Below are positions 49,600 to 63,304 of a stretch of DNA of 64,000 nt, in pieces. The stretch covers positions 16,740,001 through 16,804,000 of the forward strand of contig NC_043004.1 of assembly GCF_006345805.1 (NCBI RefSeq). Direction: 5' to 3'. The position numbers and the translations under genes were made by a program. Positions within the stretch are counted from its first letter, which is position 1. Each line of letters begins with the position of its first letter. A model generated the notes under the pieces. That model did not search any database. It was not told the origin of the DNA and saw nothing but the letters and a program-made list of their open reading frames with translations. This DNA comes from Octopus sinensis. Taxonomy: Eukaryota.

Positions 49600-52594
49600 T
49601 ATATACACACATACATGACACATATATATATCGTGTTTAAAACATTTTTCTTTGCTTCACAGCTGCAAGTTAAATAAAACGCTTTCCCACCATAAATTGC
49701 TTTTGTTTGTACTTTTGCTTACAAATAAAATCCACCTTGTTGGCACCATACCACAACATTTCTAAGACGCCTTTATTTACATTCGCCGGCTTTCACATAC
49801 ATACAACCCACCTAACAATTACACACACTTACACACACACACACACACACACACACACCAATATTTTCTATAATCCTTCGCCTACACACATTACATACAC
49901 AACAACACACATGCGTTCCCTTAAAATATATTATAAGCCTTTTCATGATCAAGCTCATAATCTAAATTCGACAAATATTTCTCTCCTGTCAAAATATACC
50001 TTAGCACTGACAGTGATCTGCCATGAGAATATTTCAGGCGAATTATAACAGAGGCGTGGCATTTTCAATGTTTTTTTTTTCTTACTTTTTTATGTCTGAA
50101 TGAGTGGAGATTTTGGATTATGCTCTTAGAAATGCAAACATTCCCTTCAATGTCGACTAGAAGGGTTGTTACTTGGCAGAAGGGTTGTTGCTTCTTTAGA
50201 GAGGATCCGTTGAGCGAACGTCGAGACAAAGTTCGCTAAATAAAGGATGAATATCAGGGCGGAGACTGTGTAGAATAAGTTTTAAGTTTTCTGTTGTACA
50301 ATTTGATCTAGGAAACTATTTTGCCCATGCATGAATATTCGACCTTAATATTACGTAGCTCAAATACTTATTGTATTTCTCTGCGTTTGGTAAGGATATA
50401 TTGCTGGTGTTATAAAATCACATGCTATGTTCAGTATTATCTCTAAGTTATGCAGTAGATTAAAGCAGTTTAGCTTTCTTTTCCTAATTCTACCCTGCTG
50501 TATGGTTGATGGGGTATTTTGATTGATATGAACTAATTTTCTCAAAAAGAATCAGATAAGGATATCTCCTCCAATAACATAAAAGATCTCAATATGGCCG
50601 AGCCATACTTTAAAGAGTCACGATACTATGACCCTTTACCAAAATAAAAATCACCAAACCCTAAAGCCACCAGCTACTTTTTTTTAACCGGAGATCAAGA
50701 TTATGAAGCAGCGCTCACTTTTGGAAGTCTCCCGAAATTCTTGAAGTTCCAACAAGACTATTCATAGAAATCGGCTATAAACAGTTGCCCATAGGAAATC
50801 GGATTCATTTACGCCAAATAATTAATAAATAAATCACTAGCACTGAGTTACCTCATTTGACAATATAGAATGGTTCAAGAACAATGTCTGTAAAGTATAA
50901 CAATGGCTCTAACGCGAGAAAACATTAACCAATGGAAATGGACTTTACAAATATATTTATGGTTTGAACACTCATTTATGAATATAGCCTGAATAATTAC
51001 AGATAGATACGGCATGTGTGTGATTGTGTGAATCACTAAGCAACAATGAAGTGACTTCTGTAACCACTTTCTCTTTCATTCCCGCTCTCTTTTTACATAC
51101 ACACACATATGTGTGTGTATGCATGTGTGTGTGCGCGTGTGTATGTATGTATAGATGGCTGGCTAGATGGATGGGTGGATGAATGGATCGACTCTCGATT
51201 AATATAGATATGTAAATTCTCCACTTCTAAAGAAATTTATTGCACTCCATAAATTACTTATATTGCTGACATGAAACTAGTTCGCTGTTTATTGAAAATA
51301 TCATTAGCGGGCGTTAAGTTGAAGGACTTTGTGAGGTTTTGTTTGATATATAAGCCAACTAAACAGTTATGGTGCAATTAAATGCTCTGTATTTGCATAC
51401 ACACACACGCACACTCTCTTTCACACTCACAAACTCTCTGACACACACACACACACACACACACACCACACACACACACACACACACACTGATACATACA
51501 CACCCTTTCTCTCTCTTACACATACTCTCATACACCCACTCACTCTCTCCCATTCTCGCTCTCTCTCACACACACACCCACACATACACTACAGCACAGT
51601 AATACATTTATTCGCCATATTATGGCCTTGTTCTTCTACCATGCGATTTAATATATGCTTACTTTCTCAGCTTCTCATTCTATTGATCTATTTATCTTTA
51701 TGTTCTCGACCGAATGTTGCAAACTTAAGTTATCAATTGATTAATTGCAGAGAAAATAGTTTCAGTCGGCTTTAATTAGAAGCAACACATCCATTATTTA
51801 ATATTATCTCCTAGAATTCCATATAAAATGAAACGAAGATTAGAGATTACGGCGATAAAGAGGGCAATGGTGCTATGAATGTTCAGGTGATAGATAATTT
51901 TTTGTTTTTGTATATCCTACATTTGTTTATCCACTTGGATGTATTGGAAGTGGAAGAAATGATGACCTTTCTTCTCCCACGAGAAAAATATTCAAAATGG
52001 AAGAATAGTTGATTTGTAATTACAATTAACATATGCTGCAACGATATGAAGTAAAACGAAGTCATATCTACCCATGTTTTGGGTATAAATGAACAGATAT
52101 TGTTATCGAACGTTATCGAGAAAGTTCTCATAAATCTGTGAGAGTTCTTTACTGACATCTCAATCGATTTTCGCCTTAATTCTTTTTTTTATGTTCAAAA
52201 CTAATATAACGTGTTCATTTTCTCTATTTTAACTCAATCCATTCACTTTAGCAGTTTGTGTTTAAATATAATCTTAGGATAACCAATGAAATTTAAGATA
52301 TATTTAGAATGAAACTGGATGATTAAATGCAGTAAAACGTAGAAACAAATATCCCTGTGGTGTTGCTGATGTGTCGGAATACTTTTATCGAAAAAACATT
52401 TACAAACTTTTGTAAGAGAATAATTTTTACTCCTTATACTCTACATCATTTCATTGATTGTACGAATAGTGGAGAAGAAGCAAACATTTTTAAGATGCGA
52501 ATGCATATCATCATGATGGATAACACACTCGAGATAACTAAATATTTTATTGCTTTTAAAGCCTGAACGAAACAATGATATTAAATGGGATGAA

Positions 52595-53010
52595 GGCGGC
52601 GAGCTGGCAGAATCGTTAGCACGCCGGGCGAAATGCTTAGCAGTAGTTCGTCTGCCGTTACGTTCTGAGTTCAAATTCCGCCGAGGTCGATTTTGCCTTT
52701 CATCATTTCGGGGGTCGATAAATTAAGTACCAGTTACGCACTGGGGTCGATGTAATCGACTTAATCCGTTTATCTGTCCTTGTTTGTCCCTTCTATGTTT
52801 AGCCCCCTGTGAGCAATAAAGAAATAGGTATTTCGTCTGCCACTGCATTCTGAGTTCAAATTCCGCCGAAGTCGACTTTGCCTTTCATCCTTTCGGGGTC
52901 GATAAATTAAGTACCAGTTACGCACTGGGGTCGATGTAATCGACTTAATCCGTTTGTCTGTTCTTCTTTGCCCCTTCTATGTTTAGCTCCTTGTGGGCAA
53001 TAAAGAAATA
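52595..53010 (+). mobile_element. Dimeric SINE family B (full monomer plus headless monomer)
   Basis: Junction AAAGAAATA|GGTATTTCGTCTGCC at 52826/52827, same as at 58061/58062. Confidence 0.88.
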
Positions 53011-53165
53011 AGGATCGTTAGCACGCTGGGCGAAATGCTTAGCGGTATGTGTCCCTTCGTTACGTTCTGAGTTCAAATTCCACCGAGGTCGATTTTGCCT
53101 TTTATCCTTTCGGGTTCGATGAATTAAATACCCGTGAAATACTGGGGTCGATGTAATTGACTGCA
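53011..53165 (+). mobile_element. SINE family B partial copy
   Basis: ATCGTTAGCACGCTGGGCGAAATGC..GGGGTCGATGTAATTGACT. Confidence 0.8.
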
Positions 53166-53359
53166 CCTCCACCCCCACCCCACCCCACCCCCAAAAAATT
53201 CAGGCTTTGCGCCTATAAAAGAAAAGATATTAAATGAGATGCATCAAACTAATTAAATCCTCTAAAAGCGTTTTGAATTACTCGAGATAAACTCAAAAAC
53301 CGTAAATCAAGAAATTGAGAACAACAGTCATGTTCTATAGAAGTTAGACTTACTAATAA

Positions 53360-53593
53360 CTCGGTGGTCAAGAGACTTGTTTTGCAGCCTCGTGCTTTCG
53401 TATCAGTCCTACTGTCCGGCACCTTGGGCCAACGTTTTCTACTATAACCCGAATCGACCAATGCCATGCAAAATGAATTTGGTAGACATAAACTCTGGAG
53501 AGGCCTATATATATCGGTGTGTTTGTGTCTGTGTTTGTCTCCCCACTCCTCCAGCCCGAGCATGGCCGTAGTCTAATGACTGAAACAAGTAAA
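53360..53593 (+). mobile_element. Degenerate, internally deleted SINE family A
   Basis: GGCACCTTGGGCCAA core and tail AGCATGGCCGTAGTCTAATGACTGAAACAAGTAAAA. Confidence 0.7.
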
Positions 53594-54039
53594 ACAATAT
53601 CTGTCATTGTAACTGAATTATTTAAATACATGCCTCTGTTCCACTTGAACTGATTTCCTCGGCTATATTTTGCAATTATGCAAATGAAAGTGACCAAAAT
53701 TGTTCTTCACCCTTTTTCTAACAAAAAATCTCGGACCATAGATCAAGAGCGGTTTAGGAAGATTACGCATCACCGATGTTATAAGATATGTTCAAAGTAG
53801 TTCTGATCAAACTTTTCCTTAAGCACCGATATTCAAATTTCGTATGATAATTGCTCCTTTCCTTTAAGAGTCTCTAACAACTGCCATTAAACTTTATTTT
53901 CTTTGTCCAAATATGAACTAAATACCAATTGATTTACATGCTTTTACCTGTCATTCAGTACATCACCATTTGTATGAATTATCCTAGTTCATAACACTTG
54001 GTCAGTTAAGTTTTGTTTCTTTTGTTACCTTAATACGCT

Positions 54040-54577
54040 ATCGATTTTTAAAGGAAAGAAAAAGGTCAATAAATACTTGCCATTACATTTTTAATCAACA
54101 AAATATGAACCACTTTGTTGCGCAATGCGTCTCCAATCTTTCCTTTAACTTGAAAATACCCTCTTCCCAGAATTGAGGTGGTTTCATGGCAAAGAATTCA
54201 TCAAGGTATCTTTTTACGTCATCCAAGTAATTGAAATTTTTACCATTAAGACTATTCTGCAGAGACCTGAATAAGTGGAAATCCGAAGAGTAATATCTGG
54301 TGAATATGGAGGGTGGGGGTAACACATCACAGCCGAGCTGCAGCAATTTTTGTCTGGTTCCCAAAGCATCAAATGCCGAAGATGAACTTTCCCATTTTGA
54401 AGGGTTACAGAATTAACACAGGTTATAGGAACATAAACCTTCTTCCACGAAAGGCTAGCTTAAACTGTGCTCTAAATGAAGGTGTAGTCAAATCCTATTT
54501 TATGGACTCAACCATGTTCTAAAATAAGTCGAAAGGTAAGCTACTGTAAATCGGCCCGAACTTTCCGGGCAACCCAA
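54040..54577 (-). mobile_element. Mariner relic with a large internal deletion and one clear TIR
   Basis: TA-TTGGGTTGCCCGGAAAGTT at 54579-54559. N-terminal KVHLRHLMLWE joins directly to LGTRQKLLQLG..SDFHLFRSLQNSLNGK. Confidence 0.8.
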
Positions 54578-55583
54578 TAGTTTTGTCTATAACTGTTAGT
54601 CAAATTTAATGTCGTCAGCATTGCTTTATTATAGCATCAACAACCCTTTAAAAATAATGTTATGCTCAAAGATATAAGCATGTTATAAGAAAATGTGACA
54701 TGCTATAATTATTTGTATATACTTAGTGATTTCTGTCAGAATGCTTGAATGGACGTTAGATGTAATTATCGCGTCACATTCTGTTGATTTCATATATTTA
54801 ACACCAACTTGCTTGCTTAAGTAAACATGATACTGCAGTCTACTTGTTACCGACGACAGGTTGTTGAATCAGATGGTAAGCAGTAAGCTATCCACCATCG
54901 AATAATAGCTTCCAGCCCGAATCCTACATCTTCTGATTCTCTCTTTCTATCAGTTATTTAATTGTCACTGATATGCAAGAGTAAAAGAAATTAACAACGT
55001 CTCTTCCATCATAAGGTTGCTGTTTACAATTAAGAATTAATTATTAAACATATGTACACATGCCACCATCAGCTGCCTGAGGGATATCATTATATTTTCG
55101 ATACCTCGGTAATACCATGTAATCCAGCGATGTCAGCAGAGTTGAAAATATAAACGCTGCCTGAGAGTTAATAGACAAGAAGCAACGGATCAAACATTAT
55201 TACAATGTGTACATTATATTCTACACCTGTATGTTGCTGCAAAACACAAATATAAAACGTCAAATCCCATTCATAAACTGTCATAGACTTATAGTTTAGG
55301 GATTACAACTTAAAATACAGAAAACAAAGAAATATCAAAACGGACATTGCTGCACAAAGAATCATAAATCTAAAAATACAGAGAACATTAAACGAACTAG
55401 CAAGCTAAACGTATTGAACAGATGTTGTTGAGTATAGACGAAAACACAAGTTGCAAATACATGAAACGAAAACTAATATTAACCTGAGGAATACACAACC
55501 TAGAATTGTAAACATATAGAATAATTAAAGAATATGAACCACCAGTAGACATTGCTACCTAGCAACCTTCTAACACAAAACAC

Positions 55584-56050
55584 GAAAACATAATTAAAAT
55601 GAACCAGACGTAAACTAACGGAATAACATATCACTTAATCTATCGGGTTTTAATCGTCTTCAAACAAAATAACGTGACATTAAACTAATGTTAGACCAAT
55701 ATCTATTACACATAAACCTTAATTATAGAAACTGTGTTTGAACGAATATATCTGCGTTAAAAAAAAACGTAAATATAAATTTGACAAACATACATATATC
55801 GTAAGGAAAATACCAACATACTTAAAAGATGAAAACATAATTAAATCGAACCAAATGTAAACCAGCAGAATATCATATCAGGTTAACTATCGGGCATCAA
55901 TCGCCAACGACATGGGAATAAATCAATGTTGATCTACAACTATTAAACATAAACTTTAATTATAAAAAATGTATTTAAACTAATGTTTACACCTAAAAGA
56001 CATATGTGATATGAAACTGACTAAAGCAAATAGATCGTAAGTAAAATATT
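55584..56050. repeat. Diverged 247-bp tandem duplication
   Basis: GAAAACATAATTAAA at 55584 and 55831, with shared CTATCGGG, TTAATTATA and ATCGTAAG blocks. Confidence 0.7.
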
Positions 56051-56177
56051 AATTATATAAACAATATCGTACCCACGTGTTCCAAGAAAGCAGAGAAACC
56101 AATAACTTGCCAGTTCACCGCCAGATGGCAGTCTAGAATTACTCCCTATAAGTGAGTGCCGTTAAAAATAAATGCGC

Positions 56178-56419
56178 TCTTTTTAAAGCCTAGCCAGGCT
56201 CATGGGCCAGGTTTCCCGGTTTCTGTGGCGTATGTGTTCCCCAGTTGGACGAAACGCCAGTTCATCGCAGCGTTACTCATTTTTGCCAGCTGAGTGGACT
56301 GGAGCAACGTGAAATGGCGTGTTTTGCTCAAGAACTCAACGCATCGCCCGGTCTAGGAATCGAAAGTACAATCTTACGATCATGATGCTGACACTCTAAC
56401 AACTAAGCCACGCGCCTCA
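56178..56419 (-). mobile_element. tRNA-derived SINE (family D)
   Basis: Minus head GAGGCGCGTGGCTTAGTTGTTAGAG..TTCGATTCC; homolog of 41958. Confidence 0.75.
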
Positions 56420-56479
56420 ATAAGTGAGTGCTGTACACAATACTATACAATAATATATAGTTTTAATGTAGGCGCAATG

Positions 56480-56810
56480 CTTGAAATTTGTATAGGGAGC
56501 GACAGTCGTCTACATCTACTCCAGATCTCAACTGGATCTTATTTAATCCATCCCAAGAGTATGAAAGGCAAAGTACAGAGTCAAAAGTAATGCCGCTAAT
56601 TATTTCTTTCCGATGTGCTAATGATTCTGGCAGATCGTCTCCTTAATAATTCTTTATAGTCACAAGACCTGAATTATGGTTGGAAGGAGTTAGTCGATTA
56701 AATCGATCCAGTATTCAACTGTTACTTATTTTATCAATCCCGAAAGGGTGAAAGGCTGCGTGCTGGCAGAATAGTCAATACAATTGTGCTAGCTCGCCGC
56801 CTTCATAATA
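56480..56810 (-). mobile_element. Degenerate SINE family B pieces
   Basis: TGAAAGGCAAAGT, GCTAATGATTCTGGCAG and AGTCGATTAAATCGATCCAGT blocks, antisense to family B. Confidence 0.55.
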
Positions 56811-56984
56811 CACAATAATAGCTGAAAACATAACTACATACCGTAAAACAATGACATTATACTTAATACTAATTACATTATTTACATCTTTTTTGTTGTT
56901 AACGCAACGTTTCATCAGATGTCTTGAGGAAATTTCGAACTTAGGTTCCCATTCCTAAGGTATTTTTCGATGTTCGCAAAAGCG

Positions 56985-57097
56985 GTTCGGCAAAAGAGAC
57001 CCATAGAATAAGTATTAGGCTTATAAAAAATAAGTCCTTGGGTCGATTTGCCAGCATGGCCACAGTCAAATGACTGAAACAAGTAAAAGAGTAAAAG
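56985..57097 (+). mobile_element. SINE family A 3' tail
   Basis: GCGGTTCGGCAAAAGAGACC..CCAGCATGGCCACAGTCAAATGACTGAAACAAGTAAAAGAGTAAAAG. Confidence 0.85.
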
Positions 57098-57479
57098 TGT
57101 AATACACTTGCGAAACATTGACCAAAAGAATCACAGCAGGTAATTGCCGCGGACGAACGTCTACACGACCCGCTAATAATTCCGTCAATCCGCCGCCGCT
57201 GCCCTAGGAACCATCATATTATTAATTAAAAATAATTGTAAGTTACATGTAATCTTACAGAAAGGAAAAGACAAACTGAGAGAGTGGGGAGAGAAAGAGA
57301 GACAAAATTAGGAAGAGAACAACGTGAATCGTTTTAACTGCTGCAGAGAAAAACCGCTTCACAACTGGGATCCCTTGATAGTGAGAAAAAGAGAAAGGAT
57401 GAACTGAACAAAAGTGAGCGAAAAACGAGAGAGATAAAAAGGCATAAATGAAGGCAGTGTAGGTAAAGCAAGACAAATG

Positions 57480-57660
57480 AGGGATAGAAGAACTAGGAAT
57501 AAAACTTAGTTTAGTGTAGCTCCAGAAAACAGTATTATAAGGGACAGCTAGGGTACTTAAGAAGCGTCTTGGTATCTAAGGTTACTTGTTGAAGCTCTAT
57601 ATTAGGAATGTTTCCAACAGTTTGATCAGTAGAGCGCAAATGAAATAATGATACCAATAA
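57480..57660 (+). mobile_element. 3' end of an R4/Dong-like LINE
   Basis: Frame LGIKLSLV*LQKTVL*GTARVLKKRLGI* resembles the LQK.VLLGTARILRKVL C-terminus of RLE-type elements; AAT-like tail. Confidence 0.55.
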
Positions 57661-58306
57661 TGGTTTCAAATTTTGCCACAAGGGCAACAATATTGAGAGA
57701 AGAGTTGAGTCGATTACATCGACACCCAGTGTTCAACTGGCACTGTTTTTATCGATCCCGAAAGGATGACGGACAAAGTCAACCTCGGCAGAATTTGAAC
57801 TCAATACGTAACGACGGGAGAAACACCGCTAAGGCGGCGAGCTGGCAGAAACGTTAGCACGCCGGCGAAATGCTTAGTGGTATTTCGTCTGTCGTTACGT
57901 TCTGAGTTCAAATTCCGCCGAGGTCGACTTTGCCTACCATCCTTTCGGGGTCGATTAAATAAGTACCAGTTACGCACTGGGGTCGATATAATCGACTTAA
58001 TCCGTTTGTCTGTCCTTGTTCGTCCCCTCTGTGTTTAGCCCCTTGTGGGTCGTAAAGAAATAGGTATTTCGTCTGCCGTTACGTTCTGAGTTCAAATTCC
58101 GCCGAGGTCGACTTTGCCTTTCATCATCTCGGGGTCGATTAAATAAGTACCAGTTACGCACTGGAGTCGAAGTAATCGACTTAATCTCTTTGTCTGTCTT
58201 TGTTTGTCTCCTCTATGTTTGTCCCCTTTTGGGCAATAAAGAAATAAGAAACACCGTTAAGCATTTCGTCCAGCGCGTTAACGATTCTGCCAGCTCGCCG
58301 CCTTAG
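57661..58306 (-). mobile_element. Antisense SINE family B (57661-57833 plus 58247-58306) interrupted by an insertion
   Basis: Body and head join seamlessly once 57834-58246 and one TSD copy are removed. Confidence 0.85.
57834..58246 (+). mobile_element. Dimeric SINE family B with 15-bp TSD
   Basis: Flanked by AGAAACACCGCTAAG (57819-57833) and AGAAACACCGTTAAG (58247-58261). Confidence 0.9.
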
Positions 58307-58324
58307 TGATGGTAATAATAATCC

Positions 58325-58540
58325 ATTCCACTATAGGCACAACACCTGAAATTTGGTGGGGACGTGGGTAATTCGATTACATTGACTACAGTGCGTACCT
58401 GGTACTTAATTTATCGACCCCGAAAGGATGAAAGACAAAGTCGACCTCGGCGAAATTTGAACTCAGAACGTAAAGACGGCCGAAATGCCATTAAGTGTTC
58501 CGGCCGGCGTGCTAACGATTCTACCAGCTCGCCGCCTTAG
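58325..58540 (-). mobile_element. SINE family B with an alternative tail
   Basis: Full antisense head to core; tail reads AAATTTCAGGTGTTGTGCCTATAGTGGAATGG on the minus strand. Confidence 0.85.
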
Positions 58541-59819
58541 TATAATGAGAATGATGATGATCATAGTCATGATCATGATTACAAGCTTTTATGTCTTTCT
58601 TCCCTGGCATCATAATCACCACCATCCCCAAATTTACGTTATGGCTAATACAATTATTTTGCCTTTGTTCGGAATGTTTATCTCATCTCCGTTGAAATTT
58701 CGCCAGTTAGTCCTTGTTATCTTACATTTGTAGATACAGTACAGGCAAATATATGAGCTAGTTGCGCAGTTTGATTGTCCCCCTGTTGCTAATAGATATC
58801 CCATGCAGTATTATTATTGTGTACAGAGTTCCCTTGAAAACTGTTGCCAATATGATTTATTTCTAAGAGCGTATAAAATTTCATATCGAACTACAAGAAC
58901 GGGGATTCAATTAAGCTGTGTACTTTGCCAGAGAATATCAGTGAGAGAGAGAGAGATGTAAAATGCTGGAGACAGATTAGCTATTTGTAACAATGCTTTT
59001 GTATTGCAATTTTGTTTATTCACGTATTGGATGTTTGCCGTTTTTTGTTGCTTCTGAAGTTTGAGCAAAGTTACAATCTAAATACTGCTTTGAAATAATG
59101 AATGTTACATATTAATGGTTCTCTGGAGCTCAGGGGATCAAGTTGTTTGGCTATGCCTCATTTTTTACAATAACTGAAAAGAAACGAGGCCAAACAACAG
59201 ACATAAATATGTAGATAAATAAATCAAGAACGTTTCCGTGAATAAACTATTCCTAATGAATACAGACATTTATTTGGCCACGTACTATATTAAATTAGAA
59301 ATACAACACAGGCAAACCATCCATTATGTCTCAGCACCATATTTTCTTCTATTCCAGTCTTTCCTCTAATCTGACCTAATTAGAGCAGACAGGTTTATAG
59401 GCAAGGAAATAAAACTAAATTACTAAGGTCAAGTTTCTCAACATATAAATTGGACACTGAAGATTCCGGACTGGATAGTCTCAAATCTATGTTACATCGT
59501 TCAATGACTCAACTACTCCTAAGAATAGGCGTTTACCATGGAGTTGCTAATTTCACTTGTTAGTTGAAGCTGCAAAATTATGACACCCATACATACATAT
59601 ACATCACAAAATTCTCTGTCAAAAACATCTCAAAAATATCTGAAAAAAACTGCTACTCAGAATTTCAGTTATGATTGTCCGACGAACGGGAATGTGAAAC
59701 TCTCAGTAGCATTTTTTGTGACATTTTTGCCATTTTAATAATAAAGCATATTGCTCTACCTCCGGTATTCGAGTACTATTTTGTCCTACCTTGTTTGACA
59801 TTTATGTACTCACTCTGGT

Positions 59820-59873
<54 letters not shown>

Positions 59874-59984
59874 ATTTGTGTATATACACAAAACACGTGT
59901 GTGTACAAAACTACTTCTACTACTAGTAGCTAATTTATAGATATGCATACAAATACATACATGCATATAAGTGTATATATACAT

Positions 59985-60041
<57 letters not shown>

Positions 60042-60587
60042 TGTGTGTATACAGATATAAATCGTTTATAAACTTGATATAATAATGTAAGCAAAATTTC
60101 CTGTTATAAGTCAAGCCAAAACGTGAGCGTATAACAAGAATGCCCTTTCGTTTTAGACTATAGATCAAATGTTACTGCGAATTATATGTCTGCTAGTTTA
60201 CATGCATTCGGTATTAGTATACGCGGAAAACTAGGTAACATAGTGCCATTACTATTATTAATTGTTTTTTTCTAAATTATGGATATGTTGGGGTACAGCA
60301 AGTGACGAATCACAAAACATTTTGGATCTTATCAACATGTCCCCAAACTCTGAATTCTTCTCCCTTCCCATTCAACACAATATAATTTTCAGATCACAAT
60401 ATTTTCTTTCTTGTCTATTTCAGCAGGCTATTAGTCTAAACGAAGGTTCACTGTATCTGCTTCCTTTCTCTATCTCTCTCTCCCTCTTTCACTCTTTCTC
60501 TCATTCTTTCTTTCTTTCTCTCTCACTCTTTCAATACCTAAATTGTAAGTGTGTGTATGCGTGCGTGTCTGTGTGTATGCGCGTGTA

Positions 60588-60722
60588 GGTTATATGGTAA
60601 AGAAGCTCGCTTTGCAACCACTGGGTTCCCAGTTCAGTCCCTTGGTACGGCACCTTGGGCAAGTGTCTTCTACAACAGTCCCGAGCCGACCAATGCTTTG
60701 TGAGTGAGTTTGGTAGAGAGAT
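60588..60722 (+). mobile_element. SINE family A 5' half
   Basis: GTTCAGTCCC, GGCACCTTGGGCAAGTGTCTTCTAC and GCCGACCAATGCTTTGTGAGTGAG. Confidence 0.75.
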
Positions 60723-60775
60723 GTCCCCGTTTTATCTGTCTACCTATCTATGTATTCTATCTACCTATTTCTCCT

Positions 60776-60809
<34 letters not shown>

Positions 60810-60820
60810 GCTCTCTCTCA

Positions 60821-60882
<62 letters not shown>

Positions 60883-60936
60883 ATATATATATATATAATA
60901 TATATATATATATATAATATATATATATATTATATA

Positions 60937-60980
<44 letters not shown>

Positions 60981-61157
60981 CTACAAAATTAGAGAATGGA
61001 GAAACATACTTAAATCAATAAAACATCAACTATCAGATGATACTCAATCAATACTTTAATACACCATTACATATCGGTAAAGGCACTATACAAAATATAC
61101 AGTAAGAGTAAATAGACAAAGAGATATAAGTAAAAAAATTTCAAATATAATATGTAA

Positions 61158-61287
61158 TTAAATCAAATCTGACAGCTGTTTCGGCAGTGAGGGCAGTCAT
61201 ACCTCATTTAACCTATAAGCCATAAAGGCAGGTATAAATGAGGCATTAACAAGGATGCCCCACGGCCTCTTCAGAGAATTAAATTAA
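61158..61287 (-). ncRNA. Type I hammerhead with 85-nt branched stem II, predicted cleavage between 61171 and 61170
   Basis: Minus strand ..AAUUCU CUGAAGA GGCCGUGGGGCA..UGCCCUCACUGCC GAAA CAGCUG UC AGAUUUG..: canonical core, palindrome ACAGCUGU and a GUC triplet. Confidence 0.85.
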
Positions 61288-61619
61288 ATTTGTTATAATT
61301 GTGAAAAATATTATTTAACCATATACATATAAATATAAAAATATAAAAATGTAAAATATAAAAAAAACTTATACATCATAATGCTACACTTATATAATAT
61401 AATACTCATTGGTACAATAATGGAAGGTAAACAGAACAAAATAAAACAAAATATATATCAGTGTATATATTAATATTAATAAGCACCGATATTATACATA
61501 TTTGGCTAATAGTTTTTTAAAAAAAACTAACACATAGAGAGATGAAAAATAATAATTAAAACCATGGTTCAGTTCATAAAATTATAAAGCTATAAAAGTT
61601 AATAAAAATTACTATTAAT

Positions 61620-61656
<37 letters not shown>

Positions 61657-63304
61657 GATACAGTTATGTTTGCACCAAGTCCATCCTTTCAAGATCGAAA
61701 TAACTATGAGTTTAGAAATGCTGACCACTAGGTAAAGATAATTTAGATTAATTCGATTGGCTATTGGTTTGAAATTTAAATCACAAAAGAAATTATACGG
61801 TTGGTTAGTCAAGGAACGCCAATATTCACACGCGCATCTACAGATCAATCGCACATACACACATAGTTATATGTATACACATACACTTATACACATACAT
61901 AATCACAAGCAACAACTAGCACATAGATAAACAAAAAGGGAAGCAACAATGCTACCATTTAGTCCTTCAAAATTATAACTATGCTTCAAATAACGAAAAT
62001 GAACCACTCATGCATTTCATAAAATATTTAATTAGATAGAAATATATTTTTTAAATATCAGTATTTACTAAGTCAGATAATTATTTCATTGGGTAACTTA
62101 AAATTTATAACACCGGTTTGTTGCATAGTAAACATACGGTTGTTAGATTATCGTAAGTTTGTTATGATTCCAAGTACGCTAAGTTATAAAATATAAAATA
62201 TATATTAATTTATATATTATAAATAATTTCTTATTTACTTAATAAATTTAATGCCATATATACCAGTTTAGGCATTAAAAAATAGAAGGGGAAGTACTAA
62301 TGCAAACGCATATGAGAACATCACAGAAATTTTAAAAAAATTTATATTATAAATACTTAAGATAAAATGTGATAAAATAAATAAGAAGGAATAAATACGA
62401 AGGAATAAATACGGTTATACACATATTATAAGTACAAACCAGTATATATGTATTCATATATTATTAAAATAAAATAAAAATAAATGATAGATATGTATGT
62501 ATAAAACTACCCTAGTATAAGTAAATAAGTAAAAAATAAATAGATAACAAATTAGATGACTTGATATGTATGTAAAAATCTACACTTAAATAGGCAAATA
62601 AATAAATAATTAGAAGACTAAATGCAGATTGATAACATTACAATAAAATAAAAAAATAATAAAGTGAATATATATGTTATATTGATGAAAGTAAATATGT
62701 ATGGAAGGATAATTTAAAGTACAGATCTAGAGGGCTATAGATATAAACTAAATATATAAGGCTAGTAATATTTATAAAGCCAATGTATGTAAATGAAAAA
62801 AATGAAAAAAATGAAAAAGGTTTATTAGTAAATAGCATAAGATACAAATTAAGGTGAGTACAAAGAAAGACCAAATATACAATATAAACCTGCCAAATAA
62901 ACACATACAAAAAACCTATATTCTCAACCTAAACACACCAAACTCATAAAAGGTTCTCATATATTACATATTATACAATCATTACATTATCTAGAGCTAG
63001 GATATACATATATACTATGCAATATTAGAAAACTTCAAAAATCACATATTACAAGGCAAATACCAAAATGAATATGTTATTTCATGTCATATTGCATTTC
63101 CTTTAAAAAACAAACAAAAACCCACATATAAAAAAACAAGAAACAAATAATACTAGACACATCTATTATTATTATACAAATGTAGCTATAAAAATTATAA
63201 AAATATAAATTTATAAGTTGCATACTTTAGAATTATAGAAGACCACAGGTATAGTTAGTTAAAGAAGGGAGTTAAAAAATTAATAATAGTGGAAGTGCTA
63301 AGTT

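Noticed and set aside
56920-56945. Minus-strand CTGATGAAACGTTG
   Set aside because: Stem II is entirely absent; a collapsed relic only.
59040-59185. Strong minus-strand splice acceptor TTTCTTTTCAG
   Set aside because: All three frames stop within 10 codons and there is no supporting exon chain.
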